From the IMG/VR virus record IMGVR_UViG_3300045988_057526, positions 1 to 43,869 of that record: a stretch of 43,869 nt of DNA; one strand, 5' to 3'. The notes under the pieces were generated by a model. It was given only the letters and a program-made list of their open reading frames with translations, had not been told where the DNA came from and did no database searches. Below are positions 40,831-43,869 of this stretch, piece by piece. The position numbers were made by a program, and so were the translations under genes. Origin of the DNA: a virus. Within the stretch, counting starts at the first letter, position 1. Every line of letters begins with the position of its first letter.

Positions 40831-42677
40831 CAATTCACCTCCAACATTTCTAATAATTTTTTCTTGATGGAATTAACTCTGCGAGTATTTCGCTTGGGTG
40901 GCTTCTCTCCAAGAAAATCTCGGACATAACGCCGTGCCAGCCGGATATACCAGTCACGGTCAACCACATCAATCGTCAGGTGATTGTCGTTGTCTACGAC
41001 ACATTTTGCGGGGAGTCCAGCAATCTTGACGGGATTGCCAGTACCGAGGTGGATTTTGTAGAGGGTTCCGTACCGATGATCTTCCGTGGCATATACCCGG
41101 TTGACTTTCTGTACGACCTCCATCTGACCGTCTACTTCATGGAGAGCGTCACCGTATTTGCTCCCGGCCTTGGCGACCAACTGGAAGTCCAGCAGACGGT
41201 CACAGCTCATGATGGTATCTTCGACCGGAACACCATAGGCCAGATAATCTTTGACGGCCTTGGCAACCACGCAGGCGTTGTTGTTGATGTTGAACGCTCC
41301 TGCTGGGGCAATTCCACGAACGAGAACGCCGCCCTTGATTTTGGGGTCGCCCTCAAAGGGAACTTCGACATAATTGTTTACATCTTTCTGACAGATCATC
41401 TTGATAAGGTCTTCCTCTAACTCAAAGCCGGTTCTGTCCTGCCACTCCTGCGTGATTTCCTGATACATAGGAACATCGCAGTCATCAAGGCTGACCATGA
41501 TGCCATCGGTGTTGAGCTGAATGATCTTCAAGGTGGGGCAGTCCTGAACAAGATGTTCCGCCATTTCGAGCAACTGCAACTGGCCTGAGATACAGACCGA
41601 GCGCCCCATAAGCGGGTCATACAGGTCGTTGTAGCGGTTCAACATGGCGCCGTAGGTGGTGTTCAGCACCAGCTTCAAAGCGTTCGCCGTAGCCTTGTCC
41701 CCGGCTCTCTTTGCTTTGACTCGCCGCTCAATGGTAGCGGCATACACATCGGGAGAGGGAATGTTTCTGCTACAATAACCGTTCAAGGTCATCTGGTGTG
41801 GATAGTAACTTGCAACATCTTTGTTGCGGATAGAGCGGGTTTCTGTGGCTTCCTCTCGGTAACATGGGATAGCTCCGTGAATACCACCGTAGGCAATGGT
41901 GCAAGGACAGCCACCTACCATCAAATCGAGCTTTTCCTTGAACACCACTTCGTCAGGAATACTCTTATCCTTCAACCGTTCAAAGAAGTCGAACACTTCC
42001 TGCGGAATGTACTGACGAAGCAACTTCGGCGGATACTGATATTCCCGCTCGTCATAGTGCGGCTTTTGCTCTGCGTCAAGGTAAGCAGCGGTCAGCTTGG
42101 CGTTGGTCATGTAGAGGGCTTTTGCGGGATACAGCCCCTTTTCACGACCCAGCGTGAGCTTACTGGACAGGTAGCCTTGACGAAGATCGTCCAGCCTGTC
42201 GGTTGCATCAACATCATGACGGCAGTAGAACTCGACCTCTCGCTTCTCGTCCTCAGTCAGAGGGCGGTCGATGTTAAATGGAACGGTGGTTTCACGAATG
42301 TCCATTCCGAGGTGCGCTTCGATTGCTTTCAAGGACAACCCCATCTGGCAATCGTCCATCAGGTCATATTGATCGAAGAAAATCCCGCAGTCACGGAGAG
42401 GGGCGTACTCCCAGCCCTCGTGACCACCGACGATAATAAAATCGTTGACCGCCTTGATTTCCTCCGGCATGAAACCTGAGAGAACCGCTTTTAAAATGAA
42501 TTGGTCATAGTGCTTATTGTTGAACCCTGCCAATAGGGGTTCTTGGGTCATGAATTGTTCAACCGCTTCATTGTCATTCCAAATCTCGGTGTATTCCCCC
42601 GTGACCTTGTTTTTGAAGACAAAAAGCCAATCGTAGGCAAACACCTCGCAGTCGAAAATGAAAGGTTCAAGGTTCAA
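40830..42677 (-). CDS. Family B DNA polymerase with 3'-5' exonuclease
   Basis: Exonuclease motifs FDCEV, NNKHYDQFIL and YCRHDVDAT. Polymerase motifs DVASYYPH, KLVLNTTYGAM and LNTDGIMV. Confidence 0.75.
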   Translation of the reverse strand: MNLEPFIFDCEVFAYDWLFVFKNKVTGEYTEIWNDNEAVEQFMTQEPLLAGFNNKHYDQFILKAVLSGFMPEEIKAVNDFIIVGGHEGWEYAPLRDCGIFFDQYDLMDDCQMGLSLKAIEAHLGMDIRETTVPFNIDRPLTEDEKREVEFYCRHDVDATDRLDDLRQGYLSSKLTLGREKGLYPAKALYMTNAKLTAAYLDAEQKPHYDEREYQYPPKLLRQYIPQEVFDFFERLKDKSIPDEVVFKEKLDLMVGGCPCTIAYGGIHGAIPCYREEATETRSIRNKDVASYYPHQMTLNGYCSRNIPSPDVYAATIERRVKAKRAGDKATANALKLVLNTTYGAMLNRYNDLYDPLMGRSVCISGQLQLLEMAEHLVQDCPTLKIIQLNTDGIMVSLDDCDVPMYQEITQEWQDRTGFELEEDLIKMICQKDVNNYVEVPFEGDPKIKGGVLVRGIAPAGAFNINNNACVVAKAVKDYLAYGVPVEDTIMSCDRLLDFQLVAKAGSKYGDALHEVDGQMEVVQKVNRVYATEDHRYGTLYKIHLGTGNPVKIAGLPAKCVVDNDNHLTIDVVDRDWYIRLARRYVRDFLGEKPPKRNTRRVNSIKKKLLEMLEVN

Positions 42678-43869
42678 GGAACTTGCACCCCGCTTTCCGG
42701 TAGGTGGTACACCGCTTCTTGTAACTTCTCACGAGGTACTGGATACCATCGTCCACATAATCATAGGCGATAGGTTCTCCCTTTCCCTCGAAGGTACGAG
42801 CGATACGACCAATGCTCTGAGTTATCACAGCGTAGTCTTTCTGCGGCGTAGTCAGGTACAAGCGGTCGAGCCGGGGAATGTCAAGTCCTTCCTTTGCCAG
42901 TGAATAGGTGGCAAACAGATACCGCTTGCGTCCCTGCCGCATTTCCTCAATAGCCTGTTCTCGGAGAGCCTTGGCCTTCTTCGTGGTCATCTTTCCATCA
43001 ATCATGACCGCCTGTTTTCTCAGGTCGGACGGAAGATGGTTCATCAAATACTCCAAATGACCAAGCCTGTCTGATAGAATTAGGTTGAAATGCTGATCGT
43101 TCTGTATAAGATCGCCAACAATCTGACCGTTACGGCGAAAATCTTCGACAAGATAATTCACCAGTTTTGCATAAATGATTGTGCCGTCCGTATCAAGAAA
43201 TTCACGGTCTAAACCGATGTGAGTGGCACGGGGTAGAACGCTGACGGTCATGATCTTGTCTTTCACCGCTTCCTCCGGCACCCGATAGGCAATCCCGCCC
43301 AGCAAGGCGTAGGTGGCGGCAATCATACCGTCTGCCCTGTGAACCGTGGCGGACAGACCGTACTTGTGTCGAGCTGCCAGAGCGTTCAGCACCTTTGAGA
43401 ACTGCGTCATGGCGGTCGGAGTTCCGGCTACACGGTGACACTCGTCCACGATGATACAATCCCAAACATCACGGTATTGACTCAGATCGAGGTTGCACAT
43501 GGTCTGTACCGTTGCGAAGGTGATTGCCTTGCCGATTTGAACCCTACCTTCGGTGATTGTGCCAGTCAAAGAAGGACTCATATACTGCTCCGCTCGGCTT
43601 TTGCTCTGTACGAGCAAATCCCGTGTATGGGTCAGCCAGAGTGTCCTTCGACCTGTATCTGCCGCAACAGCAATTCCGATCTGCGTCTTACCGCATCCCG
43701 CAGGGGCTTGAAGAATACCGTAGTAGGCAGTTATCAGGGCTTCCTTGGCTTCCACTTGGTAGTCATAGAGCGGAATGGTGCAACCGAAGTCCACCTCGGT
43801 CGGCGTTGGAAGATTGACCTTCATGTGACAATCGTCCATCGCCAGCACATCGTTCAAGCACCCGTAGGG
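42667..43869 (-). CDS. SF2 (DEAD/DEAH-type) helicase, main body; continues at 80-265 across the circular junction (462 aa in total)
   Basis: LQAPAGCGKT (Walker A), IIVDECHRV (motif II), SAT and a C-terminal RecA-like domain. The TTG at 43857 is only an artefact of the window edge. Confidence 0.8.
   Translation of the reverse strand, partial: PYGCLNDVLAMDDCHMKVNLPTPTEVDFGCTIPLYDYQVEAKEALITAYYGILQAPAGCGKTQIGIAVAADTGRRTLWLTHTRDLLVQSKSRAEQYMSPSLTGTITEGRVQIGKAITFATVQTMCNLDLSQYRDVWDCIIVDECHRVAGTPTAMTQFSKVLNALAARHKYGLSATVHRADGMIAATYALLGGIAYRVPEEAVKDKIMTVSVLPRATHIGLDREFLDTDGTIIYAKLVNYLVEDFRRNGQIVGDLIQNDQHFNLILSDRLGHLEYLMNHLPSDLRKQAVMIDGKMTTKKAKALREQAIEEMRQGRKRYLFATYSLAKEGLDIPRLDRLYLTTPQKDYAVITQSIGRIARTFEGKGEPIAYDYVDDGIQYLVRSYKKRCTTYRKAGCKFLEP
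43791..43869. repeat. Second copy of the 79-bp closure overlap
   Basis: Identical to bases 1-79. Confidence 0.9.

Noticed and set aside
1-43869. A search by eye for tRNA or rRNA genes, reverse transcriptase or diversity-generating retroelement parts, and IS elements.
   Set aside because: I saw no cloverleaf-like segments in the few intergenic gaps, no RT motifs (YxDD) in any ORF, and no transposase-like ORF. Only tRNAscan or Infernal could confirm their absence formally.

Overview
The window is a complete, circularly closed genome of about 43.79 kb from a temperate siphovirus-like phage. Bases 1-79 are identical to 43791-43869, and an SF2 helicase gene runs straight through that junction. 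GGAGG-type ribosome-binding sites, a SleB-like hydrolase and the module order point to a Bacillota (Clostridia-like) host, but that is inference. Only the LexA/CI-like repressor (1639-2268) and a large serine integrase (2270-3934) are on the plus strand. Everything else reads on the minus strand. It starts at a near-consensus promoter with a palindromic operator (1553-1581) and runs through a Cro-like gene, the recombination, replication and nucleotide-metabolism modules (wrapping the junction down to 28174), then terS, terL, portal, head, tail and lysis genes, ending at a terminator at 4081-4112. Six things stand out. (1) Two 107-bp nested palindromes share 21-bp arms and a TACGCGCGTA centre. 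One sits beside the integrase and looks like attP; the other sits upstream of terS with its 46-bp core flipped. Together they bracket the whole late operon. (2) A 15-mer, GGTGATAAAGGTGAG, recurs at those elements and at two consecutive gene ends. (3) terS and terL are separated by about 3.5 kb. This gap holds a 500-bp non-coding repeat field (11 AGTCG/CGACT pentamers within 144 bp), a low-GC four-gene cassette with its own promoter and terminator, and a short serine recombinase coupled to a glycine-zipper protein. (4) An N6-adenine methyltransferase gene is broken at an (AG)5 repeat, and restoring one repeat unit would repair the frame. (5) A lysis-cassette gene is broken by a +1 shift at a G4 run inside a perfect hairpin. 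(6) Also present are a canonical G GGA AAC tail-chaperone frameshift site, a tape measure with seven tandem 58-aa hydrophobic repeats, and a tail fibre with an SGNH esterase domain. All functional calls rest on motifs I read in the translated ORFs. No database search was run.
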